DNA from: Octopus bimaculoides
Lineage: Eukaryota
Length of the DNA: 64,000 bases
Direction of reading: 5' to 3'
NCBI RefSeq assembly: GCF_001194135.2
Contig: NC_068991.1
Location: 51,242,118 to 51,306,117 of the forward strand
Shown: positions 39,020-52,381 of the stretch, in pieces
Layout: each line of letters starts with the position of its first letter
Position numbering within the stretch: the stretch's first letter is position 1
Notes under the pieces: generated by a model
Database searches by the model: none
Told to the model about the DNA's origin: nothing
What the model saw: the letters and a program-made list of their open reading frames with translations, nothing else
Program-made: the position numbers and the translations under genes

Positions 39020-39620
39020 ATATATAAATAGATGTGTGTATTTTTTCCTTGTTAACAATTAACATGGAAAAAATAGATAGTTACCAGGGTAGCAAAATGT
39101 TACACAAGTAAAAAACTATTTTTTATTCTTTTTTCTAAAAATCCCTTTGTAAACACGGTTATAGAGTGTGCATACCGATGTAAACATTGGCAGAAACACA
39201 CCTTTAGTTCATATAAGTGATGTCTATCATTATATATAATTTAGACATTAATTTTTTTCTTACATTTCACATTCACTAGATATATCTTTTTCCAAGACTT
39301 TAGGGTCTTATTTAATTTACATATCGTTATATACTTCTTATTTATTTGGTTTTTTTCTTTCTTTTACCCCTCCTCTTTCTATAGGCTACCTTTGACGTTT
39401 ATCCTCTAACGTTTTTTTAAAACAAACTTAATAGCATATATTATATTCCATCATATTCTGTTAAAATGTCTTATTGACGAGTTTCATTTCTTCATTTTCC
39501 TGAAGGGAAGATTACATTGTCTTACACCATTTTATTCCTTTGGAATAATACCAGTGATATCTTCGAAACATGTGTCAGAAGTAAAAGAATTTGAATAACA
39601 CCTGCGTTTAAGTCCTATTA
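39020..39620 (+). mobile_element. Probable Penelope-like element 3' remnant
   Basis: Carries a hammerhead-like motif of the Penelope type, with weak C-terminal similarity upstream (SYQGSK...KNPFVNT..C.YRCKH). More CpG-rich than its flanks. Confidence 0.45.
39494..39582 (+). ncRNA. Degenerate type I hammerhead ribozyme motif
   Basis: CTGAAGG (39500-39506), stem II GAAGAT/ATCTTC (39507-39512 / 39559-39564), GAAAC-ATGT-GTC (39565-39576). Stem I is weak. Confidence 0.55.
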
Positions 39621-39639
39621 TTTATTTATATATATGTGT

Positions 39640-39890
39640 GTGTATATATAAATGTGTAGATCTATGTGTGTGTCTTTGTGCCTGTGTTTACCCCTCCATC
39701 ACTGCTTGACAACTGGTGTTGGTCTGTCTATGTCCCCTTAACTTAATGGTTCAGCAAAAGAGTCCCACAGGATAAGTACTAGGCTCAAGAAATAAGCCCT
39801 GGGATCGATTTCTTTGACTAAAACCCTATAAGGCAGTGCTCCAGCACGGCCACAGTCAAATGGCTGAAACAAGTAGAAGAATAAAAGAAT
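39640..39890 (+). mobile_element. 3' half of a major-family SINE
   Basis: cttgacaactggtgttgg...gaaacaagtagaaga. Confidence 0.8.
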
Positions 39891-39914
39891 ACATATATAT
39901 ATATATATATATGC

Positions 39915-40294
39915 ATCATCATCATCATTGTGTAACGTCCACTTTCCATGCTAGCATGGGTTGGACGATTTGACTGAGGACTGGCGAACCAGATGGCTGC
40001 ACCAGGCTCCAATCTGATCTGGCAGAGTTTCTACAGCTGGATGCCCTTCCTAACGCCAACCACTCCGAGAGTGTAGTGGGTGCTTTTACGTGCCACCGGC
40101 ACGAGGGCCAGTCTGGTGGTACTGCTCAAATGGTGTTTTTCACGTGCCACCTGCACAGGAGTCAGTCCAGCAGCACTGGCAACGACCTCGCTCGAATGTT
40201 TTGTTCCCGTGCCAGTAAGGCGACGCTGGTAATGATCATGCTTGGATGGTGCTGTTAGCGCTCCACTGGCACAGGTGCCAGTCATCAAATTTGG

Positions 40295-40297
<3 letters not shown>
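39915..40297 (-). mobile_element. RTE-tail retroposon with (GAT)n tail and internal tandem units of about 66 bp
   Basis: (cat)n...acgtcc.ctttccatgctagcatggg tail followed by gtgccaccggcac units. Confidence 0.82.
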
Positions 40298-40330
<33 letters not shown>

Positions 40331-40468
40331 AGTTATAAATAATGAGAAAAATATACTATGATAAAATTTATTTAACCATTGAAAATTCTTATATAACCAT
40401 TGTTATGTAAGAATTTCCAATAGTTAATTAAATCTTATCATACTATAATTCTCTGGCTATTTATAACT
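40331..40468. repeat. 138-bp imperfect hairpin/palindromic MITE-like element
   Basis: agttataaat...ttcttatataac, loop catt, gttatgtaagaa...atttataact. About 80% arm identity; TA-rich flanks. Confidence 0.75.
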
Positions 40469-40479
40469 TTATATACATA

Positions 40480-40518
<39 letters not shown>

Positions 40519-40584
40519 ACACACACACATATATATGCTGTCACCTCTAATGTCTCTAATATTTATTCTTTAACAGCCATTAGT

Positions 40585-40975
40585 TTATCTCTTACTTGTT
40601 TCAGTCACTTGACTGCAGCCATGCTGGAGGGTCCCCTTGAAAAATTTTCAGTTGACTGAATCGACCCCAACACTTTTTTTAAAGTCTGGTACTTAATCTA
40701 TCAGTGTTTTTTGTCAAACTGCTGAGTTACAGGGATGTAAATACACCAACGCCAGTTGTCAAGTGGTGGTGGTGGTGGTGGTGGTGGAGGACAAACACAG
40801 ACACAAGGACACACACACTTAGATATATACAGGATGGGCTTCTTTCAGTTTCTGTCAACCAAATTCACTCACAAGGCTTTGGTCAACCCAAGGCTATAGT
40901 AAAAGACACTAGTGGTACTGAACCCAGAACTATGTGGTTGAGAAGCAAAGTTGTTACCACACAGTCATGCTTCCA
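40585..40975 (-). mobile_element. Major-family SINE
   Basis: Reverse complement of the same consensus. Confidence 0.82.
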
Positions 40976-43900
40976 CCTGTGTATATATCACATACAGACA
41001 TTCCTACACATAAGGCTTGGCATTGTGTTGTGTCTTTTAATGTATTTGGTTCGTAGTTTGGATAAAAAGTTGTATGAATTTTCTCCTTATGCTACACACC
41101 TGTTCTAAGGATACACAGAGAGTCTGGTGTGCCAGAGCAGAACAGATGTAAGGTGGAAAAAGCAAATAAGAAGAAATATGTTAGGAATTAGTTCTAGTGA
41201 AAGAGGATAATATCAGTAATGTGTAGAATATTGTCATTGTTCCTTTCTGTCTATTCATGAGGAAAATACTATAAAAGTTGTGTTTTCATTTAAAATTTCA
41301 AAGTAACTTTTGTTCAAGGAATGCTATGAAAGTGTAACAAATGTCATCAGATAAAAGGTTTCGCCTCCAGTGACCCAGTAATAAGGAGCCTATTTCAGCT
41401 TTATTATGAACTCATTACACTTCATTTATGCTTTTAATGTCTTTGAAATAGTGTAAATACCAATCAAAATTTTTTAGTTTCTTCTCTAAAGCTGTAAACT
41501 TTCTACCTGATCAATGTAATGAATAATTGTGAAAGACTAAAATAGTAAGAAACGATTTCTTAGCATTTGTCCTGATTTGCTGAAAGGAACTATCTTTTGG
41601 AGTACTGACCTAAAGATCATAAATTAAGATTGCATCAGGTACATAACTAATTTCAGGGTACCATACAAGATATTTCTGTATTTGTATTATGTAAATCATC
41701 CAAGTGTAGTAAGGTATTTGTGGTAATAATTTCTGCTAATATCTTAAATTTGCCGAAATTATCAGCCTAAACTAACATTGATAAATGGGTACACACACAC
41801 TCACAGACGCACGCGCACACACACACACACGCGCATGCACACACGCACATACACAGAGTTAACATTGTATGCAAATGAAGAAATCCTGTAAATCTCCCCC
41901 TTGTGCAATATATAATGAATATATAATTATCTTAATCTGTTTTCCAGTCATTAAGACTGCCTAATTCTCCAGCTTGTATTGAACTTCACTGACATCATTC
42001 CTACTCATCTAATTTATTACCAACACCAATAGATCTCCTCAAATTATCCCAACCACATTGTTATTTTAAAATTTCATAAAAAATATATGGAAGCTAAATG
42101 GTAAAGTTATTGAAATTGTGATTCAATAAATATGAGTATAAACCTTGCCAATTTTCTTTTTTTTCACATGAATAAGTTGTGGTAGGATGACCAGCATTCT
42201 TCATTCTTTTCAGTGCCTTCACAAGTTCATGATGTTAACAAACATAAGCTCATTCAATGCTTTCAGAGTCTAGCAAATCTGTATATTTTGAAAATCATCA
42301 GAGCATGGAAAATCAAATCAATTCTGACAATTACACACTTTTGCATGGCCAGCTAGTCAGGATTTTCCAGATGGTTTCTATAAAGCACCTATTTTGCACT
42401 CTCTCATCTTTTAGCCAATCCAGAAATTAAACTAAGTATGCTAATCCTGTTTTCTGGGTCAAAGCATCTAATAAAAGCTTTAAAATAATGATTAGCATTA
42501 TTGAAAAACAAAAAGTCATCAAGAACTACAATTGTTTTTATACTTATGATAGAACTGTATTAGATGATACTTATTGGAAGCCTTCTGAAGTTAGTTGTCA
42601 GATTGGACTCTAGGTTCCATATACAGGTGTGTATACAAGATCTATAACATTTAGGAATATGCCTTTTCATCTATGAGAGAGGCAAAGGTAATCATTGTGG
42701 GATATTCTTCACCACTTACTAAACTTTTCAACTCAGATATTTATGGAATTACAATCAGCATTGTAGAACAGTTCTAGCTGCAGGATTGTGTACCAGTTTG
42801 GGTCAAGAATTCAGTGGATGACACAAATAATTTGAATCCAGTCCAACCAGGGATACTGTTTTATTCTCCATCATCCTCTTCAGGGTAGACCTCTGTGATG
42901 TTGACTTTGAATTAATGTACTCTCTTCACCAATTCTCTGGAGAGATAAAAAGGTTCTAAAAGATGAAGTACATATGAAGATGAAAAGTCTAAGGATGTGG
43001 TCAGCAGTTTCTTCAATCCAGAAAACATTGGATTAGCTTAATTAATTACATTTTTCAGTTGACTAACAAGATAGTGCAAATCAGATATTTCATGACTGGC
43101 ATTTTAAAACTATGAAATAACTGCCATGTTGGGATCTATGCAAATATCAGCATTAGTTTTGGGATTTCCTTAGTCTGAAGATTACAAAATTGTATAGTTT
43201 GCTAACCTTTAAAAATTTTCAGTAGAAAAGATAATGAACTCAACTCTGTTGCAGTGTTCATAAGTGAAATTACATACACTCAGAGGAGACAGAAAATGCA
43301 ACAATGATCTATTGTTTTCAAAAGCATCTTTAAATTTCATTACGTTTTTAATTTTGAGAAGTGAAGACCCAGATAAAATACAACTAGTTAGTAAACATCT
43401 CTAGACATTGTATTCACCAGCATCATTTCCACTGTTCATTCCAGTATCATTTTAATTAAGTCATCCTATTTAAACTGTCCTTGTAAGTCATCAAAAAAAA
43501 AAAAATCATTGAATATTGAATCTATTAATTTGACCTTTCAAATTACTGATTGAATGATGACCTGAAATGTTGATAACTCATTGTAACATCTCTTAGATGT
43601 AAGGTTGCAAGATCTTAGACTAGCAAAAACGGTAGAATACTGAACAAAATACCGTTTCTTTACATTTTGAGTTTATATCCTGCTTTAGTTGTCTATGTTT
43701 TTTTTTTTGGAGGGGGTGGATTTTTTTGCCTCTCTAGGGGCAACTCTTCTGACTTTATCTCTCTCCCAAAGATTTGTACTCATGTGGATAAGAAATTCTC
43801 CTCGTCATCGTCGTCATCATCATCATCATCATTCCTCAGCTCATCCTGTGTTAACTGTTTCAGTGAACGGTAACTTGAAAACCGTCCTCAGTAGGATTCC

Positions 43901-44163
43901 TTGGATTATTAATTAACATTAACAGACAAATCTAATTACCTTAACCAAATGAACCCTATTATAACAGGGCACAGTAACACTGAAATATGCTGGATTACAT
44001 TGTGACTTGTTGTTTAAACCCTGGTTGAACCCAACTGAGTAGGCCTATGATTAAAAGCAATCCAGCCATGATTATCTTGCTTTTATTTAGAATAGAAGGA
44101 TGTGATTTGAGGAATATTTGCTTACTATTTTTAGCAAATAGAGATTTCTTTGTTATTTTGATG

Positions 44164-44792
44164 GGTATTACTTTGGCGTGTGATCTACAACTTAAAGAAA
44201 GGGGAATTACTTTAGTTTACTTTTCAATTTCTAAAAACCCATAAGATGTTCTTGCATTTCTAGAAGATGTTCACTCAATTCATCAATGACATTATTCAAA
44301 TTTGTATTTCATCTTTATTATCAAATTGCTGTTCAAATATTATATAAAATTTATTTGTACATGCTTAGTATTGTAAATGTATTTTTTCAAAATTCTTACT
44401 ATTTTAATAGTAATAAAACCATGTTTTATTTATGTCTTAGTAAATAATAATAAGAAACCAAGAATAAACAATATAATAATTAAAATAAGCATGTAAATCC
44501 CGTGAGTTTGGCAGGCATGAGGTTCGCAATGTAAAGTTGGCAAAATTTCACCGTTTTACCCATTTCTTTGGGCTTCCTTCATTTCTTCAAAACAACAATG
44601 ACATGGTGCAACATTTTCTTCTTCATATAAAAGGCCATTTCTTCTTACAAAAGCAACTGCCTTCATCTCATCGCTGATCACATTGTAAAAGTCTTTAGCC
44701 AACATTTGGGTTTTTAGAAATTGAAAAGTAAACTAAAAAGTAACCTAAAGTAATCTCCCTTTAAGTTGTAGATCACATGCCAAAGTAGCACC
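44164..44792 (-). mobile_element. Merlin-like (IS1595/ISXO2-related) DNA transposon deletion derivative
   Basis: TIRs of about 80 bp beginning GGT (44164-44241 and 44707-44792). 8-bp TSD ttttgatg/ttttgttg. Minus-strand ORF from ATG 44705: MLAKDFYNVISDEMKAVAFVRRNGLLYEEENVAPCHCCFEEMKEAQRNG*NGEILPTLHCEPHACQT, with a Cx2C...Cx4C zinc ribbon. Confidence 0.7.
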
Positions 44793-47700
44793 TTTTGTTG
44801 TATATTTCTTTGATGAATGGTGAACCATGATTGATCTTTAGAATAAATGGTGAAGTGTGATTGATCTCTAGAAGACTTCTGCCAAACCCACAAATTCCAG
44901 ACACAGTGTAACTAGTTATTTTGTACTTTCACTCAAGATGAACTCATATCCTACTTCCTACTTCTTTTTACACTGAATTCCAATGTATATTAAATGCATT
45001 TCAATATTTCTGACAATAACATGAACCTGTTCAGAAGTAAACCCTATATTTCACTGGTGAACTGATGTGTATTTGTATACTAGTTGAAACATTAATGGGT
45101 TATGGCCGCTCATTGCTACCTGGTCCATGTGACATGGCCTGTAACATGCCCTGTGACTGCCTGTAATGTATCCTGTGACGCGGCCTATCATTGCTACCTG
45201 ACTCATCTCATTGGCTCAGTTCAGAAAGTAACTGTAAATAACTGCCATTGGCTGCTCAGATAATTGCTTGGAGACATAATCAACAGAACCTCTGTATAAT
45301 TAGTGAAGGATTTGTTAGCATGCAGTGCTAAGTTAAGTTCCTCTTATAGATAAAAAAAAAATGGTGACTAGAAATCACTCAACATTCACCTTTAAAATAG
45401 ACTACCTGATTGTCTTAGTTTAATTTATTACTGGGTCCATGCTTTGGATTTGATTCAAAACACATGGAATGTCTAATACATAGCAGTCTACCCCATAATA
45501 TATTGATTTTAAATTTTTGCACCAGGCCAGCAATTTCAGGAGAGTGGGTAAGTGAATCATATCAACCCCAGAACTCAACTGATATTTAATTTATTGACCC
45601 TGAAAGGACGAGAGGCAAAGTTGGTCTCAGTGGAATTTGAACTCAGAATATGAAGATGGATGAAATGCTGCTAAGAATTTTTAGCTGCTGTGCTAATGAT
45701 TCTGCCAGTTCAACATTCCATAATATATTAATCCTGCAAAGACATCCACTAGTGGGAAGATGGATATCTTCCTCATTTCTAAGGAACTCCCTGATCATGC
45801 TGACAATGATGATGAAAGTGATGATGATGCTATTGTCTTGTATGTCACCTTATTGTCAATAAGAGGAGAACACATTGGAGCTTTATCCATCAGAAAAAGT
45901 GTAGGTGTGTGAGTGTGACAGTGTGTGAATATCAAAAGGTTAAATAGCTCAATAGCACATTCTGTTTTGCTGTTTATTACTCACATTCAGATCAGTGTTG
46001 AAATCTACCCAACTATCTCTCTACTGACATGATAATCTGTTAGCTGGCTCCTGTTGTCTGCTTCCATTGACCAGTAAACCAGATCAAATTACTCACTCAT
46101 CACAATAATCCTTTGATCTATATTTGCTATAATAAATTGTCAGTCATGATGATCATGGTGGTGGTGGTGGTGGTAGCCTGCTTAAGTAAAGTATTCTGCA
46201 CAGTGCAATTCGACCGGATTAAGAAACAGCAATATAGCCAGAGTTTGGCAAAATAGCCATTTATAACACATTTTAGGTCTTAGTATCTAGTCTAACCTGA
46301 ATTGATTAGTTCAGGGTTTATTTTGATTGTTTTAATGGCATTGAAGTCTGTATATATGTGTGTGTGTGTGTATTTCTGTTTTCATTGGCATTTGTTGTGT
46401 GTGTGTGTGTGTGTTTGTGTTATCTATCTGTTGTGTGTATTTATATGAGTGTATGTTTTGTTTTGTGAATTGTTTGTGTAGTTGAGTTTATTTTTGAATA
46501 ACACTCATTAATTTATAACACAGACACATCTGAAAGGTTAAGAAGTTTATTTCGTAATTATGGAGTTGTGCTGGGTTTGATCCTACTGCATCACAATTTG
46601 GGCTAGTAATTTCTCTCATTGTCTTGAGTCGACCTACGCCTTGTGAGCAAAATTGTGGAGATGGAAACTGTCTGGAAGCCCACCAAATAGGTCGTACACT
46701 ATGTCATGCTGTATTTGCTTGAGAATTACAATAAGATTGTATCTGTCTGTGGAGCACTCAGTCACTTAATGCTAATGCGATAAACTGACAGCTCAGTTGA
46801 TAAAGCAATTGGTAAGCTTATCATCAAAACTGACGGATATTTTTTTACCGTTTCTGTGTGTGTGTGTGTTTGTTTTTATGCCTGATTGTGTGTTTTTCTG
46901 ATTCTAAATGTGTATGTGCATGTATAGAAGTGTGTAAAGTGCTGATTAAAATGTGTGTACAATTAAACAACTAAATATAAACTGGGAACGACATAATCTA
47001 TTTAGAAAGGTGTGTGTAAAATAAATATCTGCAGGATAGTCCAGATTCAGAGAGCTTAAAGTTTCATGTGTTACATGTTCAATCATCAGTGGAGGAAAAG
47101 AAGTTATATAATTACACATATCCAATGTATAATGCAAATTCAGTGACAGTCAAGTCGGTCTGCATCAGATATAATTACAAGTAAAATCAATATTTTGGAC
47201 TGTGGTTCATCAGGAACAACCCCCACCCCCACCCCACCCCACCCAAAAAAGATCAAAGAGGGTTACATGTAAAGCAGACAAAGCAAAAAAAAAAACCAAA
47301 ACATGGTGAATAAAGACTGAAGGTGAGAAAGGGCAACATATGTAGGTCATTAGGTGGGTGTGGGTATGTGTGTATATGGAAGTATGTGAGCATTTTATGT
47401 GAGTATAGGTGTGTGTGTGTGTGTGTATAAATATATATATATGTTGATAGGTAGATAGGTAGATAAACACACAGACAAACAAACAGATACACAGTTGTCA
47501 TCATCATTTTGATATTCACTTTTCCATGCTTGCATGGATCAGACAGAATTTGTTGAACCAGATTTTCTGTGACTGGATGCTCTTCCTGTCACTAACCCAC
47601 GTCTGTTTCCAAGTAAGGAAATATTTCCCTCTGGCCATACATATTTTTCATAGAAGACAAGAAATGAGCAACCCTCTCACACACATGCACACAACAGGTT

Positions 47701-48252
47701 TTCCTTTCAGTTTCCATCTACCAAATCTACTCTCAAGGCTTTGATTGGCTTGCAGCTATAAATGAAGATACTTACTCAAGGTGCTCTACATTGGGACTAA
47801 ACCACAAGCCAGATGGTTGAGAAGTAAGCTTCTTAACCACGCAGCCATGCTTGTGCCTAAGCCCCAGATCATACACACATCTGTACCCACTCACATAACA
47901 TGTTCATACAAACACATTCCCTTATACATATACACACACACTCACTTACACACATATGCACACACATACATAACTCTCCCCACTTCTCACTTAATTCCCT
48001 TCCCTATTCACTCTTCTGACTACCAAACACCATTCAGCCCACATTCCCTCTTTCACTCCTATTCTTTATTCTTCCACCATGTTATTTTTGTTTTGACAGC
48101 TTTGTACTTAAAACTTCTTTTCTTGTTTTTTGTGTCCCTACTGTTTTTGTTCTTGTCAAAAGACCACTGTCTGAAACGTTGAATTTTCCTCACAACATAA
48201 TTATATACTTTCTATTCCTGCTCATTGTTTTGTTGTTTTACCAGGAGACATT

Positions 48253-48330
48253 TTGGATATTTAATATATAGTAGTACAATGTTGGATATCTAATATATAA
48301 TAGTATGATGTTGGATATCTAATTTATAAT
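48253..48330. repeat. 29-bp tandem repeat, about 2.7 copies
   Basis: ttggatat(c/t)taatatata.tagta..atg units. Confidence 0.75.
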
Positions 48331-48959
48331 ATCTAGTATATGATTTTCATAAAAGAAATGAAATACAAGAGAATAAGCAGAATGACCAAAACTTAATGTA
48401 ATGTATGCATACTGACAATATCTCAGATATTTTATGTTCATTTACAAAAATGTAAATGAATTACCACTATAAAATGTTCTACTTTGTGAAGAAGAGACTA
48501 AATATTAAATAATATATTGTAATATATACAATATATCTGTTTGATATAGGAATGTATACAATATAGCATATTCATATAGGAATTCTTTTACTTATTTCAA
48601 TCTTCAAATCTGAGACACTACCCAGGGTTTTAGTCAATGAAATCAACCTCAGTACTTTATTATTATTTTTTTTTAAAGTCTTGTACTTATTCTTTTGGTC
48701 TCTTTTTGCTAAACACACAGGATGAGGTTCCATGTAGCTTCCAGCTACCAAATTCACTCTCAATACATTGGTTAGACCCTGACCCAAACAGTTCTTAAAC
48801 TGACAAAAAGATTCTTACCAAAAAATATTTAATGAAATCCTCCTTCTCCTCTGTATTATGAAGACAACATGAAATTTACATCCATTTAATGATTCTTCTT
48901 TCTTTACTCTTTACTACAATGTTGACAAGTTTAAAAAGTTGATAAGCATCTTAATTTTA

Positions 48960-49187
48960 TTAACCCTTTCATTACTGTATCTATTTTGTGATGCTCTGTG
49001 TTTCTTTCAATTACTTTAAATATAACAAAGAATTTAGTAAAATAACTTAGTTATCATTCAGCTAGTGTTAGGAGCATAAACTGTGACTAAGGTTTGATGG
49101 AAGATTTTAGTTCAAAACTTAAGGAAACATGACATTTGTACTCAGAGCCAGAGCTGGTTTCAGCCAGGTTGGTAACAAAAGGGTTAA
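48960..49187. mobile_element. TTAA-flanked (piggyBac-type) MITE
   Basis: ttaa-ccctttcattac ... gtaacaaaaggg-ttaa, about 230 bp. Confidence 0.75.
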
Positions 49188-50807
49188 ACAAACCAATTTA
49201 TCTTCTCCCTTTTCAAATCTCACCAGTGCCATCTGGGGGGATTCTTGAAGAGGGGTCGGATCCCTTCACTCACAAGAAGAATTCCTTCCTATCCGATCAA
49301 ACATCATTGCTACTGAAAATAAAGCAAAGAAGATCAAATCTCCATGTCTAGTTTAAACAGATCACATCTTGATAATGAGATTGTAGCTTTTCCATTATCC
49401 AGCTACCACTAAATCCATAGGGTCTTTCTTTGTATTATTCTACGAGCATAGTAACTGAAATATTGTAGAACCATGCCTATACAAATATGTATGGCTTGGT
49501 ATGTAAATGGTAATTTTCCAACAACCTCTGTTACATACCAACACCTCCTTTTATTCTTCACACTTTCACCTGTTTCAGTCATTGGACTGTGACCTGGCTG
49601 AATCATTCACTACTTTGGGATTTGCACAAAAAATGCACACACACACACACACACACATCTATAGAAAGATATATATATATATATACTTATCCAGAAACAT
49701 AAAAACATCAACACAAATACAATCACACCAATACATATGACAGTATTTGAACTGATAACACAGAAGCTGTTAGCCATGGGTCTTAGTAATAACATTACTT
49801 CTCGCCACATCCATTGTGAACCAGACGAACAAATCAATCCTCTATAGATTTATCAAACAGTCTATTATACATTTGATAACCATATTATCTGTCCACTGAA
49901 TGTAGATGTATATAGTTCTGATAAATTGCTTCAATATTTAATGCTGATATACTTAAGTCAGACATAAAGTTTTTGTCATACTTTTGTAATTTTTGTTTTC
50001 CAAATTCTCATTATCAAACAAGAATTACATTTAATTTCCATGGAATTAAAATTTAAAGTTGAATTGATATTTGTTGTTCAAAAAGTTATTTGCTGTGATT
50101 TTTTTCTTTAACTAAAAACATTTAGTGTTGACATCTAAGAAACTCATCCTGGGAGACATTTTGAGATTAGTTGTAAACTTATAAATGTCTGCTTGACTTA
50201 GTAAAATGTCTGACTGTAGTTTGCAAAATCTCACTTTATCTATTTTGTATTTTCTCTCAAATACACTTCATGACTGCCAGAATTCTCACTGGTTTAGGGC
50301 TTAATCTTCTAACTTAATGTTTGTTTTCATGAGTCATTAAGAATATATGAAACTTAGTGTTACTTTATTGAAATTTATAGAAAAGTAAAATAGTGAATTT
50401 TTACAAAAAGTGCCAAAATTTCAGCCTGGAAGTATGAAACCCCCAAACAAATACTGACATATTTCAAGAACTAACTCATTAAATTGTAGCTGAAGAATAT
50501 ATGCAGAAGTTTGCCATATGTTTGTGTATGTCATTCTTTTACTGATATACATCAATAAAGATTGTAAACATAAGCAAGGAAACCAAAAATCTGCTGCTTT
50601 AGAAATGATGTCTTTTGCAATATTGCTTTCGCACAGACTTAGCTGAAGAGTATGCTTTTTTTTTTTTTATAATTTTTAAGAAATATTGGTCTATGTCAAA
50701 ATTGCAATCTTCATTACAAGAAACCTTGCAATTGATTCAATACTGAATCTTCCATTTCAATACAAGCTTGCCCAGTTTCATTATATTTATAAATACATAC
50801 TTACATA

Positions 50808-51168
50808 TTTTGTTTAGGCATTACTCTTTTACTTGTTTCAGTCATTTGACTGCGGCCATGCTGGAGCACCGCCTTTAGTCGAGCAAATCGATCCCAGGAC
50901 TTATTCTTTGGAAGCCTAGTACTTATTCTATCGGTCTCTNNNNNNNNNNNNNNNNNNNNNNNNNNNNNNNNNNNNNNNNNNNTATATATATATACACATA
51001 TATACAACGGGCTTCTTTTCAGTTTCCATCTACCAAATCCACTCACAAGGCTTTGGTCAGCCTGAGGCTATAGTAGACGACACTTGCCCAAGGTGCCATG
51101 CAGTGGGACTGAACCCAGAACCATGTGGTTGTTAAGCAAGCTACTTACCACACAGCCACTCCTGCACC
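50808..51168 (-). mobile_element. Young major-family SINE, interrupted by an N-gap
   Basis: High identity to the 59775 copy; gap at 50940-50982. Confidence 0.9.
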
Positions 51169-51193
51169 CATTTATGCACACTTATGCATACTT

Positions 51194-51245
<52 letters not shown>

Positions 51246-51630
51246 ATTTGCACATGCACACCTATGTATGTGTGTATGTGTGTCTAATCAGAGGAATAAA
51301 TATTTATAAATTCAGCACATGGAACACAGTTACTTTGTTCCTGTTGAGAATGATTGCACAGCTCTTAAACAAAACCGTTTTCCAGATAGAGAACCTAGAC
51401 ACATTATTTTACTAATAAAACTGTAGAATTCACAGAAATATTTCAAAGCCTGTGTTAGTCTTTCTAATCTCCCTATCTTACAATACCAATAAACATTTAA
51501 TCTTTCTCCAATGAAATTTCTGCTTTAAGCATTAGGTACGTTTTCTTCCTCACAGCTCCATTGCTTAATTTCTTTATTTTCTTCATCCTTTTAACTGACA
51601 CAAAAACATCTATTTTAGAACTGATGTTAT

Positions 51631-51673
<43 letters not shown>

Positions 51674-51902
51674 ATGTGTGCACACACTGACTTCTTTAGT
51701 GACATTTGCTGAGCATTGAATTTGGGACTCCCTGGTTACTGTCACTGCCAGAAATACAGTGAACAGGGAATGGCCCATTGGAAAGCTTATATCCAAAGAC
51801 ACTATTCTTCACAAAATGCAATATAAAATAGATAGAAAAAAAAACTGCCTAATAATGTTATATTGAAACTAATAATGTTACTAATTTGCTTTGTTGTACA
51901 GA

Positions 51903-52029
51903 GTATATATATATATACACATGCCTATATATATATATATATATATATGTGTGTATGTATGTATTTATATATACATGCACATATACATACATACATATAT
52001 ATATATATATACACACACACACAAATATA

Positions 52030-52080
<51 letters not shown>

Positions 52081-52290
52081 CTATGCATATATATACACAT
52101 ATATATACACACGCACACATATATACATATATATACATATATGTACATACATATACATACATACATATACATACATACATATATATATACATACATACAC
52201 ACACACACACACATATATCACACTTTGTGAATGTGTGTGTGCACATGCACACACACACACATTTGTGTATGTATACACACACAGATACTT
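51903..52290. repeat. Compound TA/CA/CATA microsatellite immediately upstream of the 52382 exon
   Basis: Directly visible; one of many such tracts in the window. Confidence 0.9.
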
Positions 52291-52381
52291 GTATATACTT
52301 GTGTCTGTTGTATGCATTTTCTATTGTGAATTTGATTTTGTTGAGATATTCATTCTGGTCTGTTTTTGTTCCTTTCACCAG

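Larger units (their letters stand above)
19877..52381 (+). other. Putative 32.5-kb GT-AG intron joining the two exons
   Basis: GT at 19877, AG at 52380-52381, matching phases. Three N-gaps inside could hide extra exons. Confidence 0.6.
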
